NCBI GenBank assembly: GCA_964016885.1
Contig: OZ024743.1
Location: forward strand, 235,724,001-235,788,000
Reading direction: 5' to 3'
Source: Eledone cirrhosa
Taxonomy: Eukaryota
Length of the DNA stretch: 64,000 nucleotides
This document shows, piece after piece, positions 29,498 through 41,659 of the stretch (positions are counted from its first letter, which is position 1; each line of letters begins with the position of its first letter). Below the pieces are notes generated by a model that was not told where the DNA came from, ran no database searches, and worked only from the letters and a program-made list of their open reading frames with translations. The translations under genes and the position numbers were made by a program.

Positions 29498-30045
29498 AAG
29501 AAGGATAAATATAGTGTCATGGGTGTATGGCAGGTAGGAGGTGAGAAGGTGTGTGTGTGTGTGGCAGGCAGTAGGATTTAACAAGCCGATGCATGGGAGG
29601 GAGAATTGATCTCAGATAAAATTGGGGTCATTGTGATAATGAGAGCAACTACAAGAGTCTATCTCTCTCTCCCATTACATAACTTAGCAGCCCCACAAAT
29701 ACTAGATCAGTAAAATAAGTAGCAGTCTTGAATAAAATAAGTTCTGATTTCAATATGATTGAGTAAACCAAGTCAATTGACTAAAACCAATGCAAAACAG
29801 TGCCAATGATGAAGGTGTGTGTGTGTCATCATTATCCACATTTTACATGTTTTCCATAAAAATATAAAAAAAAAGAAACACTTTCAAATAAACAGTTTGT
29901 ATCATAGAATGTAGGGGGGGGGGGTTGTTCCAGCTGTTTTGTATCAAAAGAGTTCATATTCCTGATGAAAGGCAGAAGTTAGTAGATATATAGTTATTCT
30001 GATAACAGAAATCTCACTGCTTGTTTCTATATAAAGACAGATTCA

Positions 30046-31041
30046 TTAACCCTCCATTACCAAGTTTTCTTATGACAGATACTGCCTATATTTAAATAAT
30101 TTTGAAAATAAGGATTTTGAGCGATTTAGTAACATAACTAACTGCCTCATTATCAACCCTTCCCTTACCATATTTCTTACGGAAGACACTACAAATAATT
30201 TTGAAAATAATCAAGAATTCAGTGAGATTTAGTAATGTAGCTAACTTTTTCATTATAATAATGAAATTATTGTGTAAAGTGCTCAGGTGCACTACAACTC
30301 ATCAAAGGGGCATGTATAGTACATAGAATAATATAAAAATGTCAGGGAAGTGAATAGAGTATGATTCATGATATATCAAATTGTTTGGAACATAACTTAA
30401 ACGTTTTTCCATAAAATTATGTTTGGAAGTTTTTAGATAAATATAAACACTTTACGATAAAGAGCTTAATATAAATATTAGAGTGATGGATAGGTTCAAG
30501 TAGTTTGGTATCAAAAGGATTAAGGTGATGACAGACAGATCATAGCCATCATCATCATCATTTTGCAGGTTTTCCATGCGGGCATGGGTTGGACAGGTTA
30601 CAGTCTGAGGCTAGATGGACTGACTGGGGAACAATATCTTCACTATATGTTCCATATTTGGCATGGTTTCAAAAGTTGAATGCCCTTCCTAACACCAACT
30701 ACACTGCTAAGTGTCCTGAATAAATTTTATTGTGACACCTGCACTACCATTTTACAGAGTGTACTGGATGTATTTTATTGTAGATAATTATATGTTACAT
30801 AACATTCTGTAAGGACAGAGTCACTTAACCATTTGATATCAAACCGCTTGGAACCAACCCTGGTTTTAAGATACAAACATGTTTATTCTAAAGTTTATAT
30901 TTATCTAAAATTTTTCAAATATAATTTTATGTAAGAACCTTTGTTAAGTTATATTCAAACACTAACAAATTATATTACTAAACTATTTGACTATCACTGG
31001 TAGTGTCTTTTATTATAAGACATGAAAGCAGAAAGGTTTAA
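30046..31041. mobile_element. Nested piggyBac-like MITE pieces, CR1 3' tip (30255-30376, minus) and RTE 3' UTR piece (30548-30780)
   Basis: TTAACCCT... and ...AAAGGTTTAA ends; CR1 tail gtgctcaggtgcactacaac. Confidence 0.65.
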
Positions 31042-32504
31042 GATTCCTGATGAAAGACAGAAGATAGTAGAGACAGAATATAGATAAAAGACATCTCTCT
31101 GCTTGTTTCTGTGAAGACAGAAATTCATGAAAGAGAGAGAAAATACACTAAAGACAGGTGTGATAAATGTTATTGTTAGTGAGCAGGTGAGATGAGGGGG
31201 AGGGATGTGGTAAATATATGATAGCTATAGTAAGGTGTGATGTGGGGTGTGATGTAGAGATAGGGTGGGGTACCCAGTAAAGGTATGATAGCTATGGTAA
31301 AGTAAGGTGTGGTGTGGGGTGTATGGTGTGGTGGGGTGACCAGTAAAGGTATGATAACTATGGTAGAATAACAAGATAAAAATGTCTCAAGCCAGAAGAT
31401 GTCAGGCCGGTATATATTCTGGTTTCCATAGTGTGAAGCAACTGAGAGTACAAGACTCCCCCATGGAGAGGACGCCAGTCCTTTGCAGGGTTAAACCTCC
31501 AGCTATTGCTTGTACTCATTACTGGAGCAATGTGAAATGAAGTGTTTTGCTCAAGAAAACAACACACAACCCAGCACAGGAATTGAACCTTCAACATTAC
31601 GATCCTAAGTCCAACACCTTTACCACTAGACCATGCAGCTCCACTAACAATATAAGGTGAGGGCGATCATAACTAGACACAAGGTGATAGTAAAATAACA
31701 TACATATAAAGATGGCGACAAGGAAGGTCGCTTGACCACGTCTTGACCAAACAAAATATAATATTTTCACCAAAAACTGCCCTTTAAACACATGTCAGAT
31801 GGATTACAATATTCATTATTACAATTACTTTCACTGTTCCCTGACAACTAGTACCAGTTTCAAGATAGAATTATCTTAACGAAGTATATATAATTTCACT
31901 TGATTTTCGCCAACGAACCACGTGTGGACATGGACGGGGAAAAAAGGAAAAAAAAACAAAACAAATCACTACGTCCCTTAAGGATCGCAGTAAGTACTCC
32001 ACAAAACATATAAACAACAATATACACACAGATTTATATACAGATACATACCATATGCATATACACACACGTGAAAAGAAACGACACTATTGCGTGTGAG
32101 ACACTATACCGGCCAATTTTACCAATTTACGTTGGTAAAATATTTCTTAACATTGACCTCGCTTCTAACCCACATACACCTTTTAATTATATATATATAC
32201 TAGCAGCTGAAAGTTAATAATTTGAAAAAAAAAATATTATTGAAAGTTTACTATAAAGAAGCAGTATCAGGGAAAAAAAAAAAAAAAAAAAAAACGTTAT
32301 TCGCTGTTAATAAACAACTGCCTTCTACAGTACGTTTCATTTAACTTTCGCAGCATATTTATTTGTTTACATGCACAGACTCTTCTACACACACACAACA
32401 TTTAGGAAAACGGAAACAAAATACACAAAAAAAACAGACATTTTATTTCTATCGTAATCAAGTGCGCTAAACCTATATTGTTTACATTCTGTGTTTTTCT
32501 ACGG

Positions 32505-33734
32505 ATGGGTAGAAATAACAAAATTGCCATGGTGATGTCCATCGATGAAATTTGCGACAAAACTGGTCGATGTCCAAAAATAGAACATTGCCCGGAAGAT
32601 CACACCTGCCATATCTGTACGGAACCCGAAAACTCGTTCCGTAATCGCTGGGTCGAATGTGGAACCTGTCGCATCTCTGTCTGCCTTCAATGCGCCACAG
32701 GCTTCCGGAAGATCCCAGGCCAAAATAAGAAACATCACATTGCTACGATGGATAGACTCTGGGAGATGGTCCAGCTAACAAACTGGTCCTTTCAGTGCCT
32801 GGGCTGTATGCCTGCTTCTCCCATTACTGCGGAACAACAACAAAGACCGAAGATCGTGTCTTCTACCATTGTTCCTGAACAACAACAACAAAAACCGAGG
32901 ATCGTGTCTTCCTCTACCATTGTCGCTGAACAACAGCAAAAACCAACGACCGTAGCTTCTGCTACTACCCCCGTTGAAGGACTTCATCAACAACAGCAAC
33001 CCATGTCTTCCTCACCCGTTACTTTTCAACAACAACAACCGACGACTGTGTCTTCTACCATTCCTGTTGAAGGAGAAGAACAACAACAAAAACCGACCGT
33101 CAATACGGAGTTTGAGGAAATACGGCAAATGATTTCCGCTTTAAGTCAAGAAATAGCGGAAATAAAATCAAGCGTTCGTGTAGAACCCCACAATGAGGGA
33201 TCTTACCGGAGTGCCTTGTTAAAAAATCTCCGCGTACCTCATGTTGAACCTAGACGCATTGAGAATGCCACTGAAACTGCAAACCACGAAGTGATTGCCA
33301 TCGGTGTGCCGGAAGACATAGTTGATCTTCAGGCATTTGCTACCAGTTCATCCAAAGACCTGGGCTGTGCTCCCGCAAAGGGTGCTCTACGCCTTGGCCG
33401 ACCAGGCCCGAAACCCAGGTTAATTAGACTGTCGTTTTCAAACTCGGCTGAGGCACGTTCATACCTTGTAGCCTCTGATAAAGCTAGGCGTGAAAGTCGG
33501 ATTGCTTTCCGAACACGTCCTGGTCTTCCACCTGATGTCCGCCCAAAGTTGCGTGCTGCAGCTTCCCTAAACCGCAGCTCGGCAGAACATGAAAGCTTCA
33601 GCCTACGAGATGATGGGCAGATATGGAGGTTTGTTAAGGCTGGCGAATCATGGAAAAGAGACACCAGCTGGTCTGAAAACAGTGTACCCACAACAACTGA
33701 CAATAAAGAAACTGAAAAAACTCTGGGAAACTAA
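32505..33734 (+). CDS. LINE ORF1 protein (PHD-like finger, Q/T-rich repeats, coiled coil, RRM-like C-terminus)
   Basis: First ATG at 32505. Motifs CHIC..WVECGTC..CLQC..FQCLGC, EFEEIRQMISALSQEIAEIK and VIAIGVPE..RLGRPGPKPRLIRLSF. Confidence 0.88.
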   Translation: MGRNNKIAMVMSIDEICDKTGRCPKIEHCPEDHTCHICTEPENSFRNRWVECGTCRISVCLQCATGFRKIPGQNKKHHIATMDRLWEMVQLTNWSFQCLGCMPASPITAEQQQRPKIVSSTIVPEQQQQKPRIVSSSTIVAEQQQKPTTVASATTPVEGLHQQQQPMSSSPVTFQQQQPTTVSSTIPVEGEEQQQKPTVNTEFEEIRQMISALSQEIAEIKSSVRVEPHNEGSYRSALLKNLRVPHVEPRRIENATETANHEVIAIGVPEDIVDLQAFATSSSKDLGCAPAKGALRLGRPGPKPRLIRLSFSNSAEARSYLVASDKARRESRIAFRTRPGLPPDVRPKLRAAASLNRSSAEHESFSLRDDGQIWRFVKAGESWKRDTSWSENSVPTTTDNKETEKTLGN

Positions 33735-36553
33735 ATCAGAACAACCTGCCATCCCCTGCACATAATCATAGACTGGAATCAAAGTACAAACTGTTGTCCT
33801 TGAATGCACGTAGTCTATGCAATAAGATTCATCTTTTTGACTCCTACGTCAAAAGTATCAACCCGGACTTCATTACAGTCACGGAAACTTGGGCACATCC
33901 CTTACTCTGTGATGGGGTTTTCAGCATGACTGGCTACAACCTGTTTCGTAAAGACCGTATTAATCGTCGTGGTGGTGGTGTAATGGTCTACGTTCGGTCA
34001 AATCTGTCGGCAATTCCTTGTGCTGATTTGAACCAATCACAGCAGGAAGTTTTTTTCTGCGATATACGTATGACCATGTCAACACTGCTACTTGGAGTCG
34101 TTTACCGTCCCCCAAATTACCATCAGGACACTCAACTTTGTGATATCCTCAGAGCTGCTGCCAGGAAGACAGCCACTTATGTTTTCATTGCAGGTGACTT
34201 CAATCACCCTGAGATTGACTGGGAGACCTTTCGTTGGCCGCCAAGTGCAAATGACTTCCTTGAGCTGGTGCTGGACTCGAGTTGGTCCCAGGTGGTCACC
34301 TCCCCAACGAGAGGTGACAACACTTTGGACCTACTCTTCACCACTACTCCTGAAACGGTCATTAGTGTTACTGCTGAGGAACCTTTAGGTGACTCTGATC
34401 ATGCTATGATCATTGCCAATCTATCCCTCATGGGCAGTAACAAGAACCACAACCATCTCCAAACTGCTCACTTTGACTGGAATAGAGCAGACTGGAACTG
34501 TTACTGCACCGAGTTGCAACGGCCAAACTGGCTTGAGTTCTATGACTCTGGAGATGTCAACACTGTACTCCAGAACATCCTGAGCTCAATATGGACAGCA
34601 TGTGCAGCATCGGTGCCACGTAAGCGGAAAAAACATCCTAAAAGCGCAATTTGGGAGACTGCAGCAGTCCGTCTTGCCAGAAAAGAACGGCGCAATGCTG
34701 AACGTGAGTACAAACTTCACAAATCAGACATTAATAGGAAGAGGCGAAATAGATCGTCCAACCATCTCAAACAGGTGACAAAAAAGGCAGTGCTTCAATT
34801 TGAGCAGCGCATAGCAACCAGCCCTGACAGTAAGGTGTTCTGGAAGTATGTTCACTCAAAGCAGAGGCCTCATTCTCCAGTTGGTCCTCTTCGCAATCCC
34901 CACACAAGCCAGGTTACTGACGACCCCAAGGAATGCGCAGAGCTCATTGCTGAATGCTATGCAGGCATTTTCACCATTGAAGACCAGAGTGTACCATCTC
35001 CACCACCTATGACACCGGACTCTATTACAACCATGGAATTTACACCTGCAATGCTGCGACGTCACCTAAAAAATAAACGCAACCATGCCTCTCCTGGTCT
35101 TGATGGTGTTACGTACCTGCTTCTTAAACGTGGTGGGTACTTCCTTCTACGCCAGTTATCACGCTTCTTCCAATTCTGTCTGAACAACAGTGCTACTCCA
35201 GAACAGTGGAAAACTGCCAGTGTAATTCCTCTGTTCAAAAAGGGTGACCGCACATCACCTGTGAACTATCGTCCAGTCAGTCTTACTAGTTGCATCGCCA
35301 AACTGATGGAATCCTGTGTCAGAGAAACACTTTGGAACTTCTGGAGCTCTCACAGTCTTATCCGGCCTTCGCAATTTGGATTTATCCCCAACTCCAGCTG
35401 CTGTGATCAACTTATAGAGTTTCTTGAGGACATCACCCGGATCACTGATGGCGGCTCATGGGTGGATGTTGTTTACCTTGACTTTGCGAAGGCCTTCAAT
35501 TCTGTGCCGCACAAAAGGCTTATGGCAAAACTCTCTGCAATGGGTGTGAAGGATGATCTTTTTAACTGGTTGAAGTCCTTCATTCTCAGTCGAAGAGAGG
35601 TAGTCACGGTTCTGGGACAGCATTCCTCACCATATGAGATGTCATCTGGTGTACCTCAGGGATCTGTTCTTGGCCCCCTTTTGTTTGTGGCATATATTAA
35701 TGACATAGATGCCAACTTAAGGAATGCCACAGTACTAAAGTACGCAGACGACATCAAGCTGTACCTTGAGATAAAAAGGACAGATCCTGAACACTATAGA
35801 TCTTGCTTGCAGTCTGACCTGGACACAATGCAACAGTGGATCTCAGACTGGCAACTCAAGCTAGCTGTGGACAAGTGCACCACCATGCATTTTGGGAGTA
35901 AAAACCCAGCGTCCACATATTCCCTCCACAGCACTAATATCAAGAAGTCTTCCTGTGAACGTGACCTGGGCATTACGGTCAGCAGCGATTTGCGTTGGAC
36001 GAGGCACGTCTCTAAAATTGTCAAGAGGGCCGAGGGTGTCTTAGCATCACTCAGCAAGACCTTTGTCAGCCGCTCTCCAGATATCTATTTAAGGCTGTAT
36101 ACAGCTATGGTGCGACCACACTTAGAATTTGCATCACCAGTCTGGAACCCCTATCTTGCTCAGGACATTGACCGCCTGGAAACTGTTCAGAGACGTGCAA
36201 CCAAGCGAATACCCTCCATCAGGCATCTACCATACTCTGATCGCCTTGCTTCCCTGGGCATGGATTCATTGAAGCTCCGACGCCTGGCAACTGACTTGGT
36301 AAACACCCACAAAATTGTTAACCATGTTGCCAACAACAACCCTGAGTGCCTTTTCGATTTCCATGTGTCTAACACACGTGGACATGCCCACAAAGTAAGA
36401 AAACAGCACAGTTCCCATGACTTTCGGAAACATTTTTTCACGCTCAGAGTTGCTGAAGCATGGAACAAACTACCTGCATCAGTTGTTAGCTGTCGAGACG
36501 CTGCATCCTTTAAGGCCTCCATGCTTCCCGAGATCCGCCAACACTACAGCTAA
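33716..36553 (+). CDS. LINE ORF2: APE endonuclease plus reverse transcriptase
   Basis: Endonuclease motifs SLNARS, VTETW, GDFNHP, LDL and SDH; RT motifs NYRPVSLTS, YLDFAKAF, GVPQGSVLGP and YADD; CR1-like C-terminus. The frame is open from 33716, overlapping the ORF1 end; first ATG only at 33926. Confidence 0.95.
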   Translation, partial: KNSGKLNQNNLPSPAHNHRLESKYKLLSLNARSLCNKIHLFDSYVKSINPDFITVTETWAHPLLCDGVFSMTGYNLFRKDRINRRGGGVMVYVRSNLSAIPCADLNQSQQEVFFCDIRMTMSTLLLGVVYRPPNYHQDTQLCDILRAAARKTATYVFIAGDFNHPEIDWETFRWPPSANDFLELVLDSSWSQVVTSPTRGDNTLDLLFTTTPETVISVTAEEPLGDSDHAMIIANLSLMGSNKNHNHLQTAHFDWNRADWNCYCTELQRPNWLEFYDSGDVNTVLQNILSSIWTACAASVPRKRKKHPKSAIWETAAVRLARKERRNAEREYKLHKSDINRKRRNRSSNHLKQVTKKAVLQFEQRIATSPDSKVFWKYVHSKQRPHSPVGPLRNPHTSQVTDDPKECAELIAECYAGIFTIEDQSVPSPPPMTPDSITTMEFTPAMLRRHLKNKRNHASPGLDGVTYLLLKRGGYFLLRQLSRFFQFCLNNSATPEQWKTASVIPLFKKGDRTSPVNYRPVSLTSCIAKLMESCVRETLWNFWSSHSLIRPSQFGFIPNSSCCDQLIEFLEDITRITDGGSWVDVVYLDFAKAFNSVPHKRLMAKLSAMGVKDDLFNWLKSFILSRREVVTVLGQHSSPYEMSSGVPQGSVLGPLLFVAYINDIDANLRNATVLKYADDIKLYLEIKRTDPEHYRSCLQSDLDTMQQWISDWQLKLAVDKCTTMHFGSKNPASTYSLHSTNIKKSSCERDLGITVSSDLRWTRHVSKIVKRAEGVLASLSKTFVSRSPDIYLRLYTAMVRPHLEFASPVWNPYLAQDIDRLETVQRRATKRIPSIRHLPYSDRLASLGMDSLKLRRLATDLVNTHKIVNHVANNNPECLFDFHVSNTRGHAHKVRKQHSSHDFRKHFFTLRVAEAWNKLPASVVSCRDAASFKASMLPEIRQHYS

Positions 36554-36924
36554 CACATACAAACATGTACTTCCCTGGCATTTGTGTATTATTCTATGTA
36601 CTATATTGACGAGTTGTAGTGCACCTGAGCACTTTACACAATAATTTCATTATTATTATTATTATTATAACAAGGTGACGTGTGTTATTGTAGTGGAGAG
36701 GAGGAGGAGAAAGAAGGTGATAGTGAAATAAGACGGACACAGCAGCAGTTGATAACAAATTAGACATTAGCTAACACAACATGTATGAAGGAAATAGCAG
36801 ATAAACAGATAAACACCATTATCTCCGCTATCTTTTCCTTAAACACAAAAACACACACATGTAGATCATCATCATCATCATCGTTTAACGTCCTTATTCC
36901 ATGGTAGCATGGGTTAGATGAGAT

Positions 36925-37145
36925 GTAAATATATATATACATGCATACACCACACACATGTACATATATATACATGCATACACCACACACATGTACATAT
37001 ATATACATGCATACACCACACACATGTACATATATATACATGCATACACCACACACATGTACATACATATAGATACATGCATACACCACACACATGTACA
37101 TATATATATATATATACATGCATATATCACACACATGTACATATA
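36925..37145. repeat. About 33-bp tandem tacatgcatacaccacacacatgtacatatata
   Basis: Seen directly. Confidence 0.9.
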
Positions 37146-37147
37146 TA

Positions 37148-38012
37148 TCATCATTATCATCATCATCATCGTTTAACGTCCATCTTCCACGCTCCCATGG
37201 GTTTGGACGGGAATTTTCCCACTTGAGGCAAGATTGGTTGTCTTGCTTGTATAGGACTGTCTGGCAGGTTTTCTACAGCTGGATGGCCTTCCCAACACCA
37301 ACCACGTTTACAGTGTGGACTGGGAGGTTTTTACCGTGTTACCTACATGGCCACATTACAGCGTGGACTGTGTGCTTTTTTGTCGTGACACCTACACAAC
37401 CTCATTTGTTTCGGACTGGATGTTGTGGTACCAACATAACTTTACATTGAAGGGGGTGGTGTGGATGGGGTGGGGGGTGTATTTTTGTTAGAGGTGCCTA
37501 CTGACTGTAGGTTTCGCTTTGTACTTAGGCAAGGCGGGTCTTCTGTATTACTGTGTAGCGCCAAAGATCTTGGTCCAGTGACATTGTCTTAGAGAGGTGT
37601 AAGTGTGTGAGGTCGGAATTTATCAAGTCGTCCCAGGTTTTTCTGGGTCTGCCTACTCCGTGGTTACCGTCTATTTTTATCGACCTGCACTTTTTTATAC
37701 AGCTGTCATCTTTCATGCACATCATGTGACCGTACCAACGTAGTCTTCTCTCGAGTAAACAGCATCTGATCCCTCTTATTCCTAATTTCTCCCTTAGTTC
37801 ATTTATGCTTTGCCGTTCACGTATATTACTATTACACATCCAGCGGAGCATGCAAGCTTCGTTCCTCTCCAGTCTGCGTATATCCTCTGCACACAATGCC
37901 CAGGTCTCACTGCCATGTAACATTGCTGTTCGTATGCAGGCATCATACAGCCTGCCTTTCATTTTTAGAGAGAACCCTTTAGTGGCCAATAGTGGTATAA
38001 GCTCTCTGAACT
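37148..38012 (-). mobile_element. RTE-type LINE 3' fragment
   Basis: FRELIPLLATKGFSLKMKGRLYDACIRTAMLHGSETW..RRLRWYGH..GRPRKTW; same family as 2005-3275. Confidence 0.92.
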
Positions 38013-38040
38013 TATATATATACATGCATACATCACATAC

Positions 38041-38075
<35 letters not shown>

Positions 38076-38078
<3 letters not shown>

Positions 38079-38268
38079 CAAAGGAATTGTGGTAAGGAAC
38101 CAGATGGACCATAACGTACCAGAGTACTCAATACTTAGGGTAGTAGAGTGGGAAATGGGAAAAAGTATGACCCCGACGGCAGAGCTCAAGCCGTTTCGAC
38201 GGCTATTTATGGACGTCCAGAAATAGCCGTCGAAACAGCTTGAACTCTGCCGTCGGGGTCATACTTTT

Positions 38269-38273
<5 letters not shown>
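38076..38273. mobile_element. PLE-like 3' end with fold-back, between (TA)n tracts
   Basis: gggaaaaagtatgaccccgacggc...ggacgtcc...gccgtcggggtcatacttttccc. Confidence 0.7.
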
Positions 38274-38313
<40 letters not shown>

Positions 38314-38424
38314 CACACACAGATACATACATATATATATTTATGAGCATCAAAAAGAAGAAAAGCAAGATTGCCTTCAATCAGAACTAATACCAACTCA
38401 GATGATTGGACACATATATATATA

Positions 38425-39065
38425 TCATCATCATCATCATCGTTTAACGTCCGTGTTCCACGCTTGCATGGATTTGGACGGAGGGTTTTCCCACTTGAGG
38501 CAAGAGTGGTTATCTTGCTCGCATAGGACTATCTGGCGGGTTTTCTACAGCTGGATGCCCTTCCTAACACCAACCACATTTACAGTGTGGGGCTGGGAGG
38601 TTTTTACCGTGTTGCCTACACGGCCACATTACAGCGTGAACTGTGTGTTTTTTGACGTGACACCTACACGATCTCATTTGTTTCGGCCTGGATGTTGTGG
38701 CACTAACATAACTTTACATTGAAAGGGGCGGTGTGGATGGGGTGGTGGTGGTGGGACGGGGGTGTATTTTGTTAGAGATGCCTACTGACTGTAGTAGGTT
38801 TTACTTTGTATTTAGGTAAGGCGGGTCTTCTCTATTACTGAGTACCGCCAAAGGTCTCGGTCCAGTGACATTGTCTTGGTGAGGTGTAAGTGTGTGAGGT
38901 CGGAATTTATCAGCTCGTCCCAGGTTTTTCTGGGTCTGCCTATTCCGTGGCTACCGTCTATCTTTATTGCCCTGCACTTTGTTATACAGCTATCGTCCTT
39001 CATGCGCATCACGTGACCATACCAACGTAGCCTTCTCTCGAGTAAACAACATCTGATCCCTCTTA
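38425..39065 (-). mobile_element. RTE-type LINE 3' fragment
   Basis: IRGIRCCLLERRLRWYGHVMRM..GRPRKTWDEL plus 3' UTR. Confidence 0.92.
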
Positions 39066-39911
39066 TATATATATATATACGCACACACTATATCATATAT
39101 ACATACACACATTTTATTGTAGAAGATCACGCCACCTAGCTTTGACTTTGGAGGCAGTCGATTAACTGCCCTTAGTTCTGACGTCAGTAGCTGAATACAC
39201 TCTCTCTTCGACTTTGTCTCTTGAGGACCAGTCGTGTTTCACTGTGGCAACACAGCGATATTGCACCATGCGGTCACGGGATATTTGAACACCGCCACCT
39301 AATGATAATTACAAATTACCAATCATGGAGCAACTGATATGATAACCTGTTTTGTTTATTGCTCTGATTAAAATGCTCATGTACATATAATCTCGAGGTA
39401 TGTTCTTTTTGTTTAATTGTTTACCTACACCTAACAACAAATAGAAGAGATGTTCTACCAGCCAAGCTAGGGAAACGAACTCCCCTCTAAATCGTAAAAC
39501 AACGCAGCCTTCTAAAATTGGTGACCATCTCTTCTAAAATATATATATATATATACACATACATACACACACACACATATATATACACACACACACACAT
39601 ATATAGTATATATACAATTATTGGCAGTTGTGGTGTTATTGTGCTAGTAGTATAAATAACAGTAAATTTCCATCATTTCCAATAATTATTTATTGGAAGC
39701 CATATAACATCACGCTAGAATGGTGATTTCAATAATTGGAATTATAACAAATCAATTAGATATAGATTTCTCAAGTATTTCAAATAATCTCATTCCCAAG
39801 ACTTCCCCAGTCTTGTATTATAGAGACTCTAAGATATATTGTAGTCTACCACTGTTGGAAAGGAACCTCTTAAACATCACAGACGTATGTGTGTCATCAT
39901 CACATCATCAG

Positions 39912-40126
39912 TTAACCCATTAGCATTTAAAGTGGCCATATCCGGTCAGAATTCTCTCACCTCTTTCCATTCAAACCAGCTGTAATCGGCTGCTCATACT
40001 TATGTTAAGGTATTGTGCTCTCAAAATAAATATCAAAATATTGTAGAGTCAATATTATGTGAGATAAAGTGTTTACTGTGAAAATACAATAGTATATATA
40101 GAGTAATGTAAATGGTAATGGGTTAA
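39912..40126. mobile_element. Complete piggyBac-like MITE (about 207 bp plus TTAA flanks)
   Basis: TTAA-CCCATTAGCATTTA ... TAAATGGTAATGGG-TTAA: 14-bp TIR with 1 mismatch. Confidence 0.82.
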
Positions 40127-40309
40127 TGTCTGTTGTCCCTGCCAGCAAGGATTGTGCCATCACAGACTGAGTTAGTAGTCAATCAGGGTTACTGACCTTC
40201 CAGACAGACTGGGGGTCCACATCTTATATATGATCCCATGGGCAACCAAGTGCATTTTCCAGCAAGCTTACTACTGGCTTTTCACTCCAAAGCCAGTAGT
40301 AAGCTTGCT

Positions 40310-41590
40310 GGCCAGTTAAACCAGCGTGGCCCTTCCATTGCTGCAGGCCAGCTAAACCAGTGAGGCCCTTCCATTGCTGCTGGCCAGTTAAACCAGTGTG
40401 GCCCTTCCATTGCTGCAGGCCAGCTAAACCAGTGAGGCCCTTCCATTGCTGCAGGCCAGCTAAACCAGTGAGGCCCTTCCATTGCTGCTGGCCAGTTAAA
40501 CCAGTGAGGCCCTTCCATTGCTGCAGGCCAGTTAAACCAGTGAAGCCCTTCCATTGCTGCAGGCCAGCTAAATCAGAGAGGCCCTTCCACTGTTGCAGGC
40601 CAGCTAAACCAGAGAGGCCCTTCCATTGCTGCAGGCCAGCTAAACCAGTGAGGCCCTTCCACTGTTGCAGGCCAGCTAAACCAGAGAGGCCCTTCCATTG
40701 CTGCAGGCCAGCTAAACCAGTGAGGCCCTTCCACTGTTGCAGGCCAGCTAAACCAGAGAGGCCCTTCCATTGCTGCAGGCCAGCTAAACCAGTGAGGCCC
40801 TTCCACTGTTGCAGGCCAGCTAAACCAGAGAGGCCCTTCCATTGCTGCAGGCCAGTTAAACCAGTGAGGCCCTTCCATTGCTGCAGGCCAGCTAAACCAG
40901 TGAGGCCCTTCCATTGCTGCTGGCCAGTTAAACCAGTGTGGCCCTTCCATTGCTGCAGGCCGGCTAAACCAGTGAGGCCCTTCCATTGCTGCTGGCCAGT
41001 TAAACCAGTGTGGCCCTTCCATTGCTGCAGGCCGGCTAAACCAGTGAGGCCCTTCCATTGCTGCTGGCCAGTTAAACCAGTGAGGCCCTTCCACTGTTGC
41101 AGGCCAGCTAAACCAGAGAGGCCCTTCCATTGCTGCAGGCCAGTTAAACCAGTGAGGCCCTTCCATTGCTGCAGGCCAGCTAAACCAGTGAGGCCCTTCC
41201 ATTGCTGCAGGCCAGTTAAACCAGTGAGGCCATTCCATTGCTGCAGGCCAGTTAAACCAGTGAGGCCCTTCCATTGCTGCAGGCCAGCTAAACCAGTGAG
41301 GCCCTTCCATTGCTGCAGGCCAGCTAAATCAGAGAGGCCCTTCCACTGTTGCAGGCCAGCTAAACCAGTGAGGCCCTTCCACTGTTGCAGGCCAGCTAAA
41401 CCAGAGAGGCCCTTCCACTGTTGCAGGCCAGCTAAACCAGAGAGGCTCTTCCACTGTTGCAGGCCAGCTAAACCAGAGAGGCCCTTCCACTGTTGCAGGC
41501 CAGCTAAACCAATGTGGCCCTTCCATTGTTGCAGTCCAGAGTGACCCTTCCTTTGCTGCAGGCCAGCTAAACCAGTGAGGCCTTTCCATT
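40310..41590. repeat. 36-bp GC-rich minisatellite, about 35 copies
   Basis: Unit ggcccttccattgctgcaggccagctaaaccagtga. Confidence 0.97.
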
Positions 41591-41659
41591 GTATTTTACT
41601 AATTATTATATCAACTCAGTTTATAAACCTGCATCAACTAGGAGACTAATAGGCAAGTT

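Larger units (their letters stand above)
32440..36668 (+). mobile_element. Full-length, apparently intact CR1-type LINE
   Basis: Two uninterrupted ORFs; short 3' UTR with AGTGC-acctga-GCACT stem-loop and (ATT)n tail ending near 36668. The 5' boundary and TSD are not resolved. Confidence 0.93.

Noticed and set aside
31680-32440. CpG-richer non-repeat stretch with AAGATGGCG (YY1-like), a possible promoter
   Set aside because: The motif alone is insufficient, and no exon or start site can be supported from sequence.
40360-41544. 394-aa Cys/Pro-rich ORF (RPFHCCRPAKPV)n
   Set aside because: 36-bp minisatellite that is largely open on both strands. No convincing start or signal peptide, and variants are not biased to synonymous sites.
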